Shown piece after piece: positions 20,068 to 29,877 of a DNA stretch of 64,000 nt. This DNA comes from Methanotrichaceae archaeon. Its GTDB lineage: Archaea > Halobacteriota > Methanosarcinia > Methanotrichales > Methanotrichaceae. The stretch is taken from NCBI GenBank assembly GCA_963803145.1, contig CAWDLW010000015.1, positions 128,001 through 192,000 of the forward strand, read 5' to 3'. The notes beneath the pieces were generated by a model. It did no database searches, was not told the origin of the DNA, and saw nothing but the letters and a program-made list of their open reading frames with translations. The position numbers were made by a program, and so were the translations under genes. The stretch's first letter is position 1. Every line of letters begins with the position of its first letter.

Positions 20068-21231
20068 GTGATTAAAATGCTAAACGATGTTCAAAATGCT
20101 ATAAGAGCTATGGGTTATGGCTGGACTGCTGGGAAGACCTCGGTCAGTGAGCTCGCCCCTCTACAAAAAAGTAGGCGCCTAGGGCTTAGGAAGGTGGCAA
20201 ATGAAGTTCCGGACAAGGTGGAAACTATAAAACTGATCGGCCATCCCGCAACGATTGACTGGAGAAATAACTCGGGCAATTACTTGACCTCAATCAAGGA
20301 TCAGAGCGATTGTGGTTCCTGTGTAGCATTTGGAACCTGTGCAACGATCGAAGCCAGCGATAAAATATATCAGAAAAATCCTGCATTATCTATCGATCTC
20401 TCCGAAGCTGATCTGTTCTTTAGAGGCGGAGGAAACTGTGCTTACGGCTGGAATTTTGAGCCGGCATTAAGTAGAGCTAAGAATCATGGAATTTGCACTG
20501 AAGCCTGCTACCCCTATCCGGACGGCCCTATGTGCCCTAATTGCGACAACCAGCCTCTCCGTATCGCCAGCTACACTAAGCTGTCCAGTGGCGATGCCGT
20601 AAAGGACTGGATTGCAAACTACGGCCCAGTCTTAGCAGGCATGGATGTCTATGAAGACTTCTTTTATTACCAAAATGGCATCTATCGATACTCTTATGGC
20701 GGTTATATTGGCGGCCATGCTGTTTGTCTAATCGGATATAACGATGCTAAAAGCTGCTGGCTGGGTAAGAACTCCTGGAGCACAGAGTGGGGAGATAACG
20801 GCTGGTTTATGATCGGATACAATGAATGCGGGATGTTGCGCGGGTATCCTGCTTACGGCGTGTCTATGGGCGCAAGTCCTGGTCCCGGTCCCGTGCCGCC
20901 TGTACCGCCTGCGCCACCTGTGACAAATCCAGATCTAAAGGTTACAAAGGATGGCAGTTTTTACATTACTCTGACATCTACAAAGAGCGCACAGGCTACG
21001 TTCCTCTTAAATGACAAGGAGATGTGGCCAATGAGCAGCATGGTGAAAAACGTATCAACTTATTTGGCTGCCTTTAAAGTTGGGGACGGACTGAAATTTG
21101 ACCTGAAAACAAGCGCAGGAGTTGTTCATTATGTCCAGATATTCCCAATCGGCTGGAGGGTATGGCAGCTCAGGATGGGATTAACTAAGGGGACTTACCA
21201 GGATTTCGTGTTCACTTTGCTGGAGAAATAA
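20068..21231 (+). CDS. Papain-family (C1A) cysteine peptidase with Pro-rich linker and C-terminal domain
   Basis: IDWRN, DQSDCGSCVAF (catalytic Cys), GGHAV (His), KNSWSTEWG (Asn). Confidence 0.9.
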   Translation: MIKMLNDVQNAIRAMGYGWTAGKTSVSELAPLQKSRRLGLRKVANEVPDKVETIKLIGHPATIDWRNNSGNYLTSIKDQSDCGSCVAFGTCATIEASDKIYQKNPALSIDLSEADLFFRGGGNCAYGWNFEPALSRAKNHGICTEACYPYPDGPMCPNCDNQPLRIASYTKLSSGDAVKDWIANYGPVLAGMDVYEDFFYYQNGIYRYSYGGYIGGHAVCLIGYNDAKSCWLGKNSWSTEWGDNGWFMIGYNECGMLRGYPAYGVSMGASPGPGPVPPVPPAPPVTNPDLKVTKDGSFYITLTSTKSAQATFLLNDKEMWPMSSMVKNVSTYLAAFKVGDGLKFDLKTSAGVVHYVQIFPIGWRVWQLRMGLTKGTYQDFVFTLLEK

Positions 21232-21490
21232 GTTTCTATATGTGAGAGGGATACCGATATTATAAGGATAGCTGAAGCTTGCGCTCAACACCAGCCATTG
21301 GCTTCCATTTCCGTTTATATTTACAAACACATCATTAAATATCTTATATTTATAGATCGATATGCAATCAGAAAATATGATCTAAAATATCGAAGGCCGC
21401 CTGCAAAAAGTTTCTCCCCCAGACACCTAAACCTTTAAATAAAGGTTAACTCAATTTAATTATTTATTAACCAAATTTAAACGGCTGATA

Positions 21491-22909
21491 ATGGAAGGGG
21501 GTATCATGATCGCAGGAAGCTCTATTAGATCCAATATGTTTATGCCCAATAATATCAACTATTTTAGAAACCTGAATAGCTGTATCCTTGACGCCCAAGA
21601 CGCGGCACAGGAGGAGGACAACGGGCCTAAAGATCCTACTGATTTTAGCGAATTGATAAAGAGGCTAGAAGGATGCCAGCTCAAACTTCCTCCTCTTTAC
21701 CGTGAAATCGTCTATAAACAGTATATCGATAACATTGATAGCATTGGTGAGACCGGATTCAATAAGATCCTTTTGAGGGACCCAAACCGAGAGGGTGAAG
21801 CCTGTATTATGCTGGACATTGCTCAGGCTATCCTTCAGCATGGAGAAGGCTACAGCAAAAGAGCAACAGATGCATTTCAGGAGGTTGTCAGCGATCTGTA
21901 CGATGGATTCCTTTCTGCTGAAAATCGCAGGAGCATTAAGCCTCCTGACCTGGAGATAATCGCGCCTCTTGTCAAGTGGGGAAATCCAGAATCAGGACCC
22001 TACACATGGCCCGCTGATTGTACAATTAACTTCGGTGTGAAGGCCGCTATAGTAAACCTTCCACCTGCGAACGCGCAGCGTGGCATCCTTGCATGGGCCG
22101 CATTAGGACACGAAACCGCAGGGCATGATATTATACATGCTGATACCGGACTTCTCCAGGAGCTGAAGAGCTGCCTGCTATGTGCCATGCAGGATGCAAA
22201 TGTTGCACCATTGCTGCCGGATTATTGGGCTACAAGGATTGACGAGACTGCCGCCGATGTGCTCGGAATGCTGAACATGGGACCTGCTGCAGGAATTGCC
22301 CTCATAGGATATTTCCGGGCGCTAAATGCGGCTTACACAGGGAAATCGACGCTCAGGAACGTTGGACCAGGCGAAGATCTACACCCTGCAGATATTCTTC
22401 GCGGGTACTTGGCAGCATCAGTAGTAAGGCTACTAAATTTCAGCCAGGCAAATGAATGGGCGATAGCTATCGAGGCCGAGACGGATAAGGATCTCACTAC
22501 GGTTCAGCTTGGATCAGACAATACTGTGATAACACCCGATGATGCCAAGAGATCTGCCAGCATAGCAGCCGGTTGCTTGGCACAGACGAGGATGACATGT
22601 TTGAATAACCACGCATTGGGTGATATTCAGAACTGGTCCGATAACGATGAATTTATGGTGAAACAGATTCGATCTATTCTAAGGACTACCGATCCCTTGC
22701 CCGAACTTTACAACAGAGGGTTTTATGCAGCTCATGTTGTGGCGGCAGCTGTTATAGAAGCGCTCTTTGGGGACTCAGATATTCCTCTCCTCTTCGTGCG
22801 TATGACAAATGTGTTAAAGATGCTACACGACAAAAATCCCTCTTGGGGGCCGCTTTATGTGAGGCATCCGGGAAATATGGTCCCTTTAAAGGCCTACATT
22901 CCTTATTAG
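21491..22909 (+). CDS. Hypothetical protein with HExxGH motif (putative metallopeptidase-like)
   Basis: 472-aa ORF; ALGHETAGHD and downstream DETAAD; start could be 21506. Confidence 0.65.
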   Translation: MEGGIMIAGSSIRSNMFMPNNINYFRNLNSCILDAQDAAQEEDNGPKDPTDFSELIKRLEGCQLKLPPLYREIVYKQYIDNIDSIGETGFNKILLRDPNREGEACIMLDIAQAILQHGEGYSKRATDAFQEVVSDLYDGFLSAENRRSIKPPDLEIIAPLVKWGNPESGPYTWPADCTINFGVKAAIVNLPPANAQRGILAWAALGHETAGHDIIHADTGLLQELKSCLLCAMQDANVAPLLPDYWATRIDETAADVLGMLNMGPAAGIALIGYFRALNAAYTGKSTLRNVGPGEDLHPADILRGYLAASVVRLLNFSQANEWAIAIEAETDKDLTTVQLGSDNTVITPDDAKRSASIAAGCLAQTRMTCLNNHALGDIQNWSDNDEFMVKQIRSILRTTDPLPELYNRGFYAAHVVAAAVIEALFGDSDIPLLFVRMTNVLKMLHDKNPSWGPLYVRHPGNMVPLKAYIPY

Positions 22910-23119
22910 CATTTGCAAGACCCTAGGAGATTATAGCCAAATAGCCAAAAAGCTATATGCAATCGAATCCAAAAAAGGGGCTATAGCTGCTCAGGAAAGC
23001 TGACGCAATTGATTAGAATCTGCGAACTAACTGTGATAAACGGCGGCAATCTGCAGGGAGTGCCTAGTCAGGGCCATAGAACTCTGCCCTGAGATAGGAT
23101 TTCCCAAGAGGTAATAAAT

Positions 23120-24382
23120 TTGGATAACTCGGAAGAAAAGGCGGAGAATGAGAAAGCTGCACTTCTAAGCCAGCCTTACATTGTTGGTCAGAGCAAATCA
23201 TCAGGCGAACCACATGAGATCAAAATCGTGGGAACTGCTCATGTATCGGAAAAAAGCGTTCAAGAGGTAACTGCAGCCATAGAGGAATTCAGGCCGGATA
23301 TCGTAGCCGTGGAACTATGCCTAGGAAGGTATAAGGCTTTAACTGGCCAAGAGGAAGATCAAGAGCTTAAAATAAGCGAGCTTATCAGCGGGAAGAAACT
23401 CTACGTACTCCTGGTCCAGATGTTCTTAGCGTATATTCAAAAGGGGATCGGCGATAAGTACGGAGTCCGCCCTGGCTCAGAGATGCTTGCAGCCATAGAA
23501 ATGGCCCAAAAGACGGGAGCCAGATTTTCCTTAGTAGACAGGGAGGTGGGCATAACCATCCAACGCTTCTGGTCTGCTATGGGATTTATAGATAAGATCA
23601 AGATCTTCTTTGCTCTAGCGCCCGCAGCTCTGGGCTTGGACGAAGAGGATATCGATATAGACAACATCACCCAAGACGATGTCGTCTCTCAGATGATATC
23701 TGAGTTCCGCAAGATTTCGCCAGCTGCAACCAATGTTCTTATAGATGAGAGAGATGCATATATCGCTAAGAACCTGTATGAACTCTCCAAAGAGGGCAAG
23801 GTTTTAGCAGTCGTTGGCGCTGGCCACAAAGAGGGCATAGCAAAGCTTCTTGCCAATCCTAATACTATTCCCACTGTAGAAAACTTAACTGAGAAGCCTG
23901 CGAAGAAGATCACATTCGTTAAAGTCTTCGGAGCAGCTATGATGCTGCTCATGCTGACGACCATTGGGCTGATCCTTGCAAAAGGTTACTCAAGCCATAC
24001 AATATTGTTAGCTTTTGGGATATGGTTTGTTGTTCATGGCGTGCTCAGCTGCATCGGAGTGGTTGTGGCTCGCGGACACCCGTTATCTGCTTTAACGGCT
24101 TTGGCCATGGGCTGGATGACCAATCTGATACCTTTTGCAGCAGCCGGATGGTTTGCAGGTATGGTGGAGGCCTGGAAGCGAAAGCCTACAGTAACTGATC
24201 TGAAGAGGCTCGCCGATGCAAAGACCTTTGATGATATGATGGATAATAGTTTCTTCAGAGTTGTCTTAGTAGCGGCACTAGCGAATGTAGGAGCTTTAGC
24301 AGGCACATTCTTGGCGATCTATCTTATCTGGGTGCGGCTAGGATTGATCAACCCTGTCGAGCTGCTAAAGGGTATACTGTAG
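23120..24382 (+). CDS. TraB/GumN (pheromone-shutdown-like) family membrane protein
   Basis: IVGTAHVS, PDIVAVELC, RPGSEM, LIDERDAYIA, VVGAGH; C-terminal TM helices. Confidence 0.9.
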   Translation: MDNSEEKAENEKAALLSQPYIVGQSKSSGEPHEIKIVGTAHVSEKSVQEVTAAIEEFRPDIVAVELCLGRYKALTGQEEDQELKISELISGKKLYVLLVQMFLAYIQKGIGDKYGVRPGSEMLAAIEMAQKTGARFSLVDREVGITIQRFWSAMGFIDKIKIFFALAPAALGLDEEDIDIDNITQDDVVSQMISEFRKISPAATNVLIDERDAYIAKNLYELSKEGKVLAVVGAGHKEGIAKLLANPNTIPTVENLTEKPAKKITFVKVFGAAMMLLMLTTIGLILAKGYSSHTILLAFGIWFVVHGVLSCIGVVVARGHPLSALTALAMGWMTNLIPFAAAGWFAGMVEAWKRKPTVTDLKRLADAKTFDDMMDNSFFRVVLVAALANVGALAGTFLAIYLIWVRLGLINPVELLKGIL

Positions 24383-24426
24383 CAAAAATCCATAAATATC
24401 TGAGCATTACAAGTATTTGCGCTACC

Positions 24427-25122
24427 ATGAGGATACATTACCTGCAGCATGTTCCCTTCGAGGACCTGGCAAATATAGAGAAATGGGCCGAGAATAGGGG
24501 CCATGACATATCGAGAACATTGCTGTTTTCTGGCGGCAGCCCGCCGAAACTGGAGAAGTTCGATTGGCTAATCATAATGGGTGGGCCTATGAACATCTAC
24601 GAGCACAGCAGATACCCTTGGTTGGTCCAGGAGAAGAAGTTCATAGGAGATGCAATCGTTAATGGTAAAGCCGTCTTGGGGATCTGCCTGGGAGCACAGC
24701 TCATGGCTGACGTTCTGGGAGGAAAAGTCCTCAAGAACGAACATCGTGAGATAGGCTGGCACGATGTCAGGCTGACACCGGATGCGAAAGAATCAGAAGT
24801 TTTCGGCATTTTGCCTGAAGAGTTTCCTGCGTTCCACTGGCATGGTGATACCTTTACCATACCTCCTGGAGCTATACATACGGCCGAAAGCATTGCGTGC
24901 AGGAATCAGGCATTCGAGAAGGGCAAGGCAATTGGACTCCAGTTCCACCTTGAGTCATCTATAGATAGTATAGATCACCTAATATCTAACTGCAGTGATG
25001 AGCTCGTTGGCGGGACTTATGTCCAGAGTCCAAAGGAACTGCTATCACATCTGGATAAGCTCTACGAGATCAATGGCCTAATGGAGAGGTTCCTGGACAG
25101 CATGGAGAAAAACCTATTTTAG
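24427..25122 (+). CDS. Type 1 glutamine amidotransferase-like protein
   Basis: LQHVPFE, MGGPM, GICLGAQL, WHGD, QFHLE. Confidence 0.9.
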   Translation: MRIHYLQHVPFEDLANIEKWAENRGHDISRTLLFSGGSPPKLEKFDWLIIMGGPMNIYEHSRYPWLVQEKKFIGDAIVNGKAVLGICLGAQLMADVLGGKVLKNEHREIGWHDVRLTPDAKESEVFGILPEEFPAFHWHGDTFTIPPGAIHTAESIACRNQAFEKGKAIGLQFHLESSIDSIDHLISNCSDELVGGTYVQSPKELLSHLDKLYEINGLMERFLDSMEKNLF

Positions 25123-25154
25123 CTTCAATGTATGCGGTTCCAAGAACCATAATC

Positions 25155-26129
25155 TTAGATCTCTTTTTCGGCCAATCCCGCTTTTACAAATAGAACCGGC
25201 GCTGCTGCAGCTACCCAAATACTTGCAATCATTGCTTGCAGATAATCTATTATGTAGCTGATTAATAGCGGTTGGTGCAGTCTAATTGCTCCAATGCCAA
25301 ACCAAATCAGCGCGAGCACTGCGATCCCAAGAATATAGCGCAATAATCGTACAACTGCATGTCCTCCGACACTGAATTTATATCTTCGGCAAAGCCAAGA
25401 GTAGCCTGTCCCCATGCCAAAGAGGGTCCCAGCAGACACCAAAATATCTCCACGGGTCAGCGGATTAATAGGAGTGCCTGTAGCAGCCATAGCATTCTCA
25501 GCCCATGATGATGGGAGATGCCAGCTCCCAAGCGCCATGAGGCATAAGTAGAACAATGCTAGGAGGACAATGGATGCCAGAAATGATATGAGTATCTGCC
25601 TTCTCAAATCAAGATTCTGGAGAAACACTGCAGCCTTTGGCTCCAATCGAAGAACCGCCGTGAGTATAAAAGCACCAGTAGTCCAGCCGATTGCCACATC
25701 AATAGGGAAATGGGCACCGAGATAGATCCGGGATATGCCTATGAGAATTATTAGTATGAAAGCTGCGACCCATGCCCATGCGTTATTTAAAAAATTCGCA
25801 AGATAACCCCAGGTGCAGACAGCATTTTGCGCATGGCCGGACGGAATCCCAAATGAGCTATAGCCTGTAGATGCAATAACTTTACGGCTTACCCAGTAAG
25901 GACGAGGGGTATGAAAAGCGATCTTCAGACTATCATTCAGACCTTGGCTTATCATCAGAATCAGCCCAAGCCGAAATCCAAGGCGTGTATCGATGCACCA
26001 GTAGATGGCAGATACAATTAGAAGATAGAATTCAACAGATCCAATAGCAGTGGCAAGCTGCATGATAGGCAAAGGCCAGACATAATGCTGCAAATATATG
26101 ATGAAAGCGATCTGCTGATCATAAGCCAT
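25155..26129 (-). CDS. PAP2-family membrane phosphatase
   Basis: KIAFHTPRP, PSGHAQ, SRIYLGAHFPID. Confidence 0.9.
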   Translation of the reverse strand: MAYDQQIAFIIYLQHYVWPLPIMQLATAIGSVEFYLLIVSAIYWCIDTRLGFRLGLILMISQGLNDSLKIAFHTPRPYWVSRKVIASTGYSSFGIPSGHAQNAVCTWGYLANFLNNAWAWVAAFILIILIGISRIYLGAHFPIDVAIGWTTGAFILTAVLRLEPKAAVFLQNLDLRRQILISFLASIVLLALFYLCLMALGSWHLPSSWAENAMAATGTPINPLTRGDILVSAGTLFGMGTGYSWLCRRYKFSVGGHAVVRLLRYILGIAVLALIWFGIGAIRLHQPLLISYIIDYLQAMIASIWVAAAAPVLFVKAGLAEKEI

Positions 26130-26440
26130 TTCTCTTGTCCTTCTTGAGAGTCATAACAGCGCAAGCAATATCATAATGTTAATCGATTATGCTATTAGTC
26201 TTTTTTGCTGTACTGTTATGAATAACTGATCAATTGGCGAAAAGGCATTGCTGCTTTTCTTTTCATAAGTATAAAGCAGGAATTGGTTTAATATTGGTCA
26301 TATCTTCAGAATCATCTTTAAGCGGTAGCCTTGAATTGGCACCCATTAGTCTATACTAACTATAAACGGACACGACTGAATCTCCAGTATTCAAGAAAGT
26401 GCGAATATGTAGAACGGAACCATATAATTCACTTTCAGGA

Positions 26441-26530
26441 AAAACTGAACGGTTTTAGCTGGAATTAATGGCAGTTACCCCAAATTAATTTATTGTTCGT
26501 TCGGTTATACTTTTTTATATCGTTCAAAAT
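26441..26530 (+). promoter_or_regulatory. Operator/promoter copy 1: AAAAC-N6-GTTTT palindrome plus TCGTTC boxes flanking a TATA element
   Basis: AAAACTGAACGGTTTT at 26441-26456; TTTATTGTTCGTTCG at 26489; second TCGTTC at 26520; matches copy 2 at identical spacing. Confidence 0.65.
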
Positions 26531-26595
26531 AAGGGGGATCTGCAAGACGACTCAGCCTAAACACTAGGGTCGATCTTGAATGGAGGTATAGTTCA

Positions 26596-27045
26596 ATGAA
26601 ATATATTAAATTCTTGATGGCATTGGCAGTTGCATGTGTTCTCATTATGCCAGCCTTTTCAATGCCATATGATACACAAAATGGAAAACAGAACCAGTGG
26701 AATGACCAGAAGCCCATGATGCAAGATGGCAAAGAGAATCAATGCAATTGCCAGAATTCCATGGGACAGGACAATAATCAGTGCGGATGCCAGAAGTCCA
26801 TGATGGGCAATGATGGCAACCAGAACAAGTTTGATGGCAAGCAGAATGATCAGTGCGGATGCCAGAACTCCATGGGAAAAGACAACAAGCAGATGTTCAA
26901 TAGGCCTGTTGAGTCCATGATGGGAAAGATGAATAAACATAATGGCAAGCAGATGTGCCATAAGCCCATTGAGTCCATGATGGGAAAGATGAATAAACAT
27001 AATGGCATCAAGGCAGTAATAGTCAGCGTAAAAATTATTGAGTAA
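26596..27045 (+). CDS. Secreted Met/Cys/His/Gln/Asn-rich low-complexity repeat protein
   Basis: GGAGGT SD, signal peptide, QCxCQxSM(M)G x3 and ESMMGKMNKHNG x2. Confidence 0.75.
   Translation: MKYIKFLMALAVACVLIMPAFSMPYDTQNGKQNQWNDQKPMMQDGKENQCNCQNSMGQDNNQCGCQKSMMGNDGNQNKFDGKQNDQCGCQNSMGKDNKQMFNRPVESMMGKMNKHNGKQMCHKPIESMMGKMNKHNGIKAVIVSVKIIE
26887..27006 (+). repeat. 60-bp in-frame tandem repeat x2
   Basis: 26887-26946 and 26947-27006 are near-identical. Confidence 0.9.
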
Positions 27046-27135
27046 GACAAGCATAATACAAAAAACATATAAATCAGCTGCGTACAAAGAAACGAAGATA
27101 GACCTAACATAATCTCATAAAAGAGACAACAAGTA

Positions 27136-27161
27136 TGGTCAGGATAGTATTATCCTGACCA
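27136..27161 (+). terminator. Perfect 11-bp stem-loop
   Basis: TGGTCAGGATA-gtat-TATCCTGACCA followed by ATTACTTTT. Confidence 0.55.
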
Positions 27162-27213
27162 ATTACTTTTGAAATAGGATAATATGAGATCGCGGGGTCA
27201 GGAGAAAATTGGT

Positions 27214-27546
27214 ATGAGAAAAAGCTATTATTTAGCGATATTAGTTTTAATAGCAGCAAGTAGCATGGCATTAACTGCGTCCGCTCAGGAGCAAGTCGAC
27301 TTTACAGTCTATGTTCATGATGGGAGCCTAAATGGGACGGCACTCTCAGGTGCCCAGGTCACTGGGCAGGATGCTGCCGGAAACAGTTTTAATAGCACAA
27401 CAGATTCAGATGGCGCTGTTACCCTTAACGGACAGCCAGGAACATGGCAGTTCACATTCGCGAAGAACGGCTACGAAACATTGAGTGGGGATTATGATGT
27501 TACGGGAACGGAGGATGGCGCTGTTTTTCTCCAGAAGAGTAATTAA
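27214..27546 (+). CDS. Secreted protein with one carboxypeptidase-regulatory-like (prealbumin-type) repeat
   Basis: CAGGAG SD, MRKSYYLAIL signal peptide, LSGAQVTGQDAAGN..TDSDG..GQPGTWQFTFAKNGYE. Confidence 0.75.
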   Translation: MRKSYYLAILVLIAASSMALTASAQEQVDFTVYVHDGSLNGTALSGAQVTGQDAAGNSFNSTTDSDGAVTLNGQPGTWQFTFAKNGYETLSGDYDVTGTEDGAVFLQKSN

Positions 27547-27755
27547 TTTTGAAGGCAGTTTGCATTCTCCATACCCTTTCGATAACCTGCGTTTCAGCCC
27601 ATTCAACAGCCAGCGCTCATATATTATCAGCCAATTCTCTGGCTGCACTAGTAGCGCAGGCTTAATGCATTCTCGTATTTATGCCATGAATATATAGTCG
27701 AGGTTGTGTAATATATGGAAGAGATGGATAGCCACAAAATCAGGAGGAAATTGAT

Positions 27756-28991
27756 ATGAGAAAGAGCTATTTTTTAGCTATATTGATATTATTGATAGTG
27801 TGTAGCATGGCATTGACGGCCTCTGCATTACCAACGGATAGGTGGTCGACATCAAGATACTCTAATAGTTACGGAAACGAAAACAGAAATGAAAATGGAC
27901 AAGAGACAAACCAGATTGCTCAAACCCAGAATCAGGTCACCTTAACCCTTTATGTTCTCGATAAAGAGAACGGCCAATTGCTTTCCGGGGTTGACGTCAC
28001 AGTGTACGATGCAACAGGAAATAACATTGGGGGCGCAACCGATTCGAAGGGATCTATCGTCCTCACTGGACGGCCAGGGACTTGGCAGTTTACGCTTGCA
28101 AAAGATGGTTATAAAACCTCTAATATAGGATATGCTATCACCAAGCCACTTATAGCTAAAACATATCTTTCAAAAGTTGCTGTTCAACCAGTATCGTCTC
28201 AGATTCCTACAGAAACAGCCGCTTACCCACAGGAAACTGCTAAATCCACACAGGCTACAGAAACTGCTCAGATAGCTCCGACTACTCAACCTGTTCAATC
28301 ACAAACGCCAGTGTCTCTGAAAATAGACGTTTATGAGACTGGCCAAAATGAGACGCTGCTTCCTGGCGTTCAGGTAACTGGGTATGATGCTGTTGGCAAC
28401 AGCTTCTCAGGCATAACAGACTCAAATGGCGCTGTAGTCCTTAGCGGACTGCCAGGAATGTGGCAGTTCACGTTCTCCAAGGAAGGCTATGATACCCTCA
28501 ACCTGAATTATAATGTCAATAAAACCGATGAGGTTTGGGCTTCTCTCCAGAGAACTTCTCAACTTGCGCCCCAGAGCATTACACAAGCAGCTTCTATTCC
28601 GGTCGCTCCTCAATCTCAACCCCAAGGTCAAGTTGATTTCGCTATTTATGTTCACGAAGACGATCTTAATGGGACGGCCCTCTCTGGTGTCCAAGTCACT
28701 GGACAGGATGCTGCTGGCAACATCTTTAATAGCACAACAGATTCAGATGGTGCTGTAGTCATTAGTGGGCAGCCGGGAACATGGCAGTTCACGTTCGCGA
28801 AGGAAGGATACGAAACACTGAGCGGACCTTATGAGGTTACTGGTACAAACTATGGTGCTGTTTTCCTCCAAAGTGCTGATCAGTCGACACAATCCGCTAT
28901 TCCAGATGCTAGCGAGGTCTCATCCTCCCAAACGACGGATCAACAATACTCATTGCAGCCTACTACGCAGACAATATCTACAGCATCTTAG
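27756..28991 (+). CDS. Secreted protein with three carboxypeptidase-regulatory-like repeats and Q/T/P/S linkers
   Basis: Same signal peptide family as 27214; three V.V.G.D..GN...TDS.G...G.PGTWQF..K.GY units. Confidence 0.8.
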   Translation: MRKSYFLAILILLIVCSMALTASALPTDRWSTSRYSNSYGNENRNENGQETNQIAQTQNQVTLTLYVLDKENGQLLSGVDVTVYDATGNNIGGATDSKGSIVLTGRPGTWQFTLAKDGYKTSNIGYAITKPLIAKTYLSKVAVQPVSSQIPTETAAYPQETAKSTQATETAQIAPTTQPVQSQTPVSLKIDVYETGQNETLLPGVQVTGYDAVGNSFSGITDSNGAVVLSGLPGMWQFTFSKEGYDTLNLNYNVNKTDEVWASLQRTSQLAPQSITQAASIPVAPQSQPQGQVDFAIYVHEDDLNGTALSGVQVTGQDAAGNIFNSTTDSDGAVVISGQPGTWQFTFAKEGYETLSGPYEVTGTNYGAVFLQSADQSTQSAIPDASEVSSSQTTDQQYSLQPTTQTISTAS

Positions 28992-29036
28992 TCTGGGCTA
29001 ACGACCACCAGAGCATGTATTCCAGAACGTGTGAAG

Positions 29037-29068
29037 GAAGCTAGGGAACATAAGCTAACCTTAGCTTC
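29037..29068 (+). terminator. Stem-loop shared with the paralog's 3' end
   Basis: GAAGCTAGGG...CCTTAGCTTC; similar hairpin at 32694-32725. Confidence 0.5.
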
Positions 29069-29877
29069 TTTGCTAATTATTTAGCTGAAAACACTACGAG
29101 AACTTGAAATAAAGATAGGTGCCTATGGCACTGTTTAGTAATATATGTGTTCACAAGGTACCTGTATTATTTAGACTCCGGACCCTCATAGAATTTTAAT
29201 CGCTTATCTGACATTGATCTATCTAGTAAACATTTTATGGCCTCCAATTGAGCCTTCATTGATGATATCATCAGCTATGAGCTAATTAAGACCAATAATG
29301 GCAAGCTTCATGATCCCAGTGGTTTCAATGCAATATTGACCAAATCTAGTTGTGCTCTTATGAAGCAGAATACTTAAATAGGCAACTGTAGATAATAACG
29401 TTATCATTTACACAATAATTTATAAATTGAGTGATGATATTAAAATAATCGACCATAACATCGAAATCAGTATTTCTTAAAATTTAGGGAATAGAATATA
29501 TGTTCTAGCCCCTAAACTTTATATGATATCTGCTCTTCAATGCAAATTACATATAGTAGCAGCAATATCCAGATGACTTGAAGGCAATGTCCTATTGGGC
29601 TCTCTGGATCTGCATGATTCTTCTAAGTGTACCAGTGTTAGCGAGAGACGTACCTTTCGTCTTCGGTGAGGGGCACATAGATGTATCTAGTTATACCCCA
29701 GATCAAATCGAACAAGCGTCATATAGTTCATTTGACCTCAAAGGAGTACCACCCATAACTCAGCCATCGGATAATGCATTATTAAATTTTCCAGTTGTAG
29801 GTGGTGGTAATGGTCCAGGGGGCGAAACAGAGGAAAAGAAGGTTTCTAATTTAAAGAAATTATTCAATGCTCTTGTG

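Noticed and set aside
26740-27006. CRISPR-like periodicity
   Set aside because: The repeats are in-frame coding units without unique spacers; no cas genes in the window
26659-27110. Antisense hydrophobic ORFs over the Met-rich gene
   Set aside because: Shadow frames produced by the low-complexity repeats
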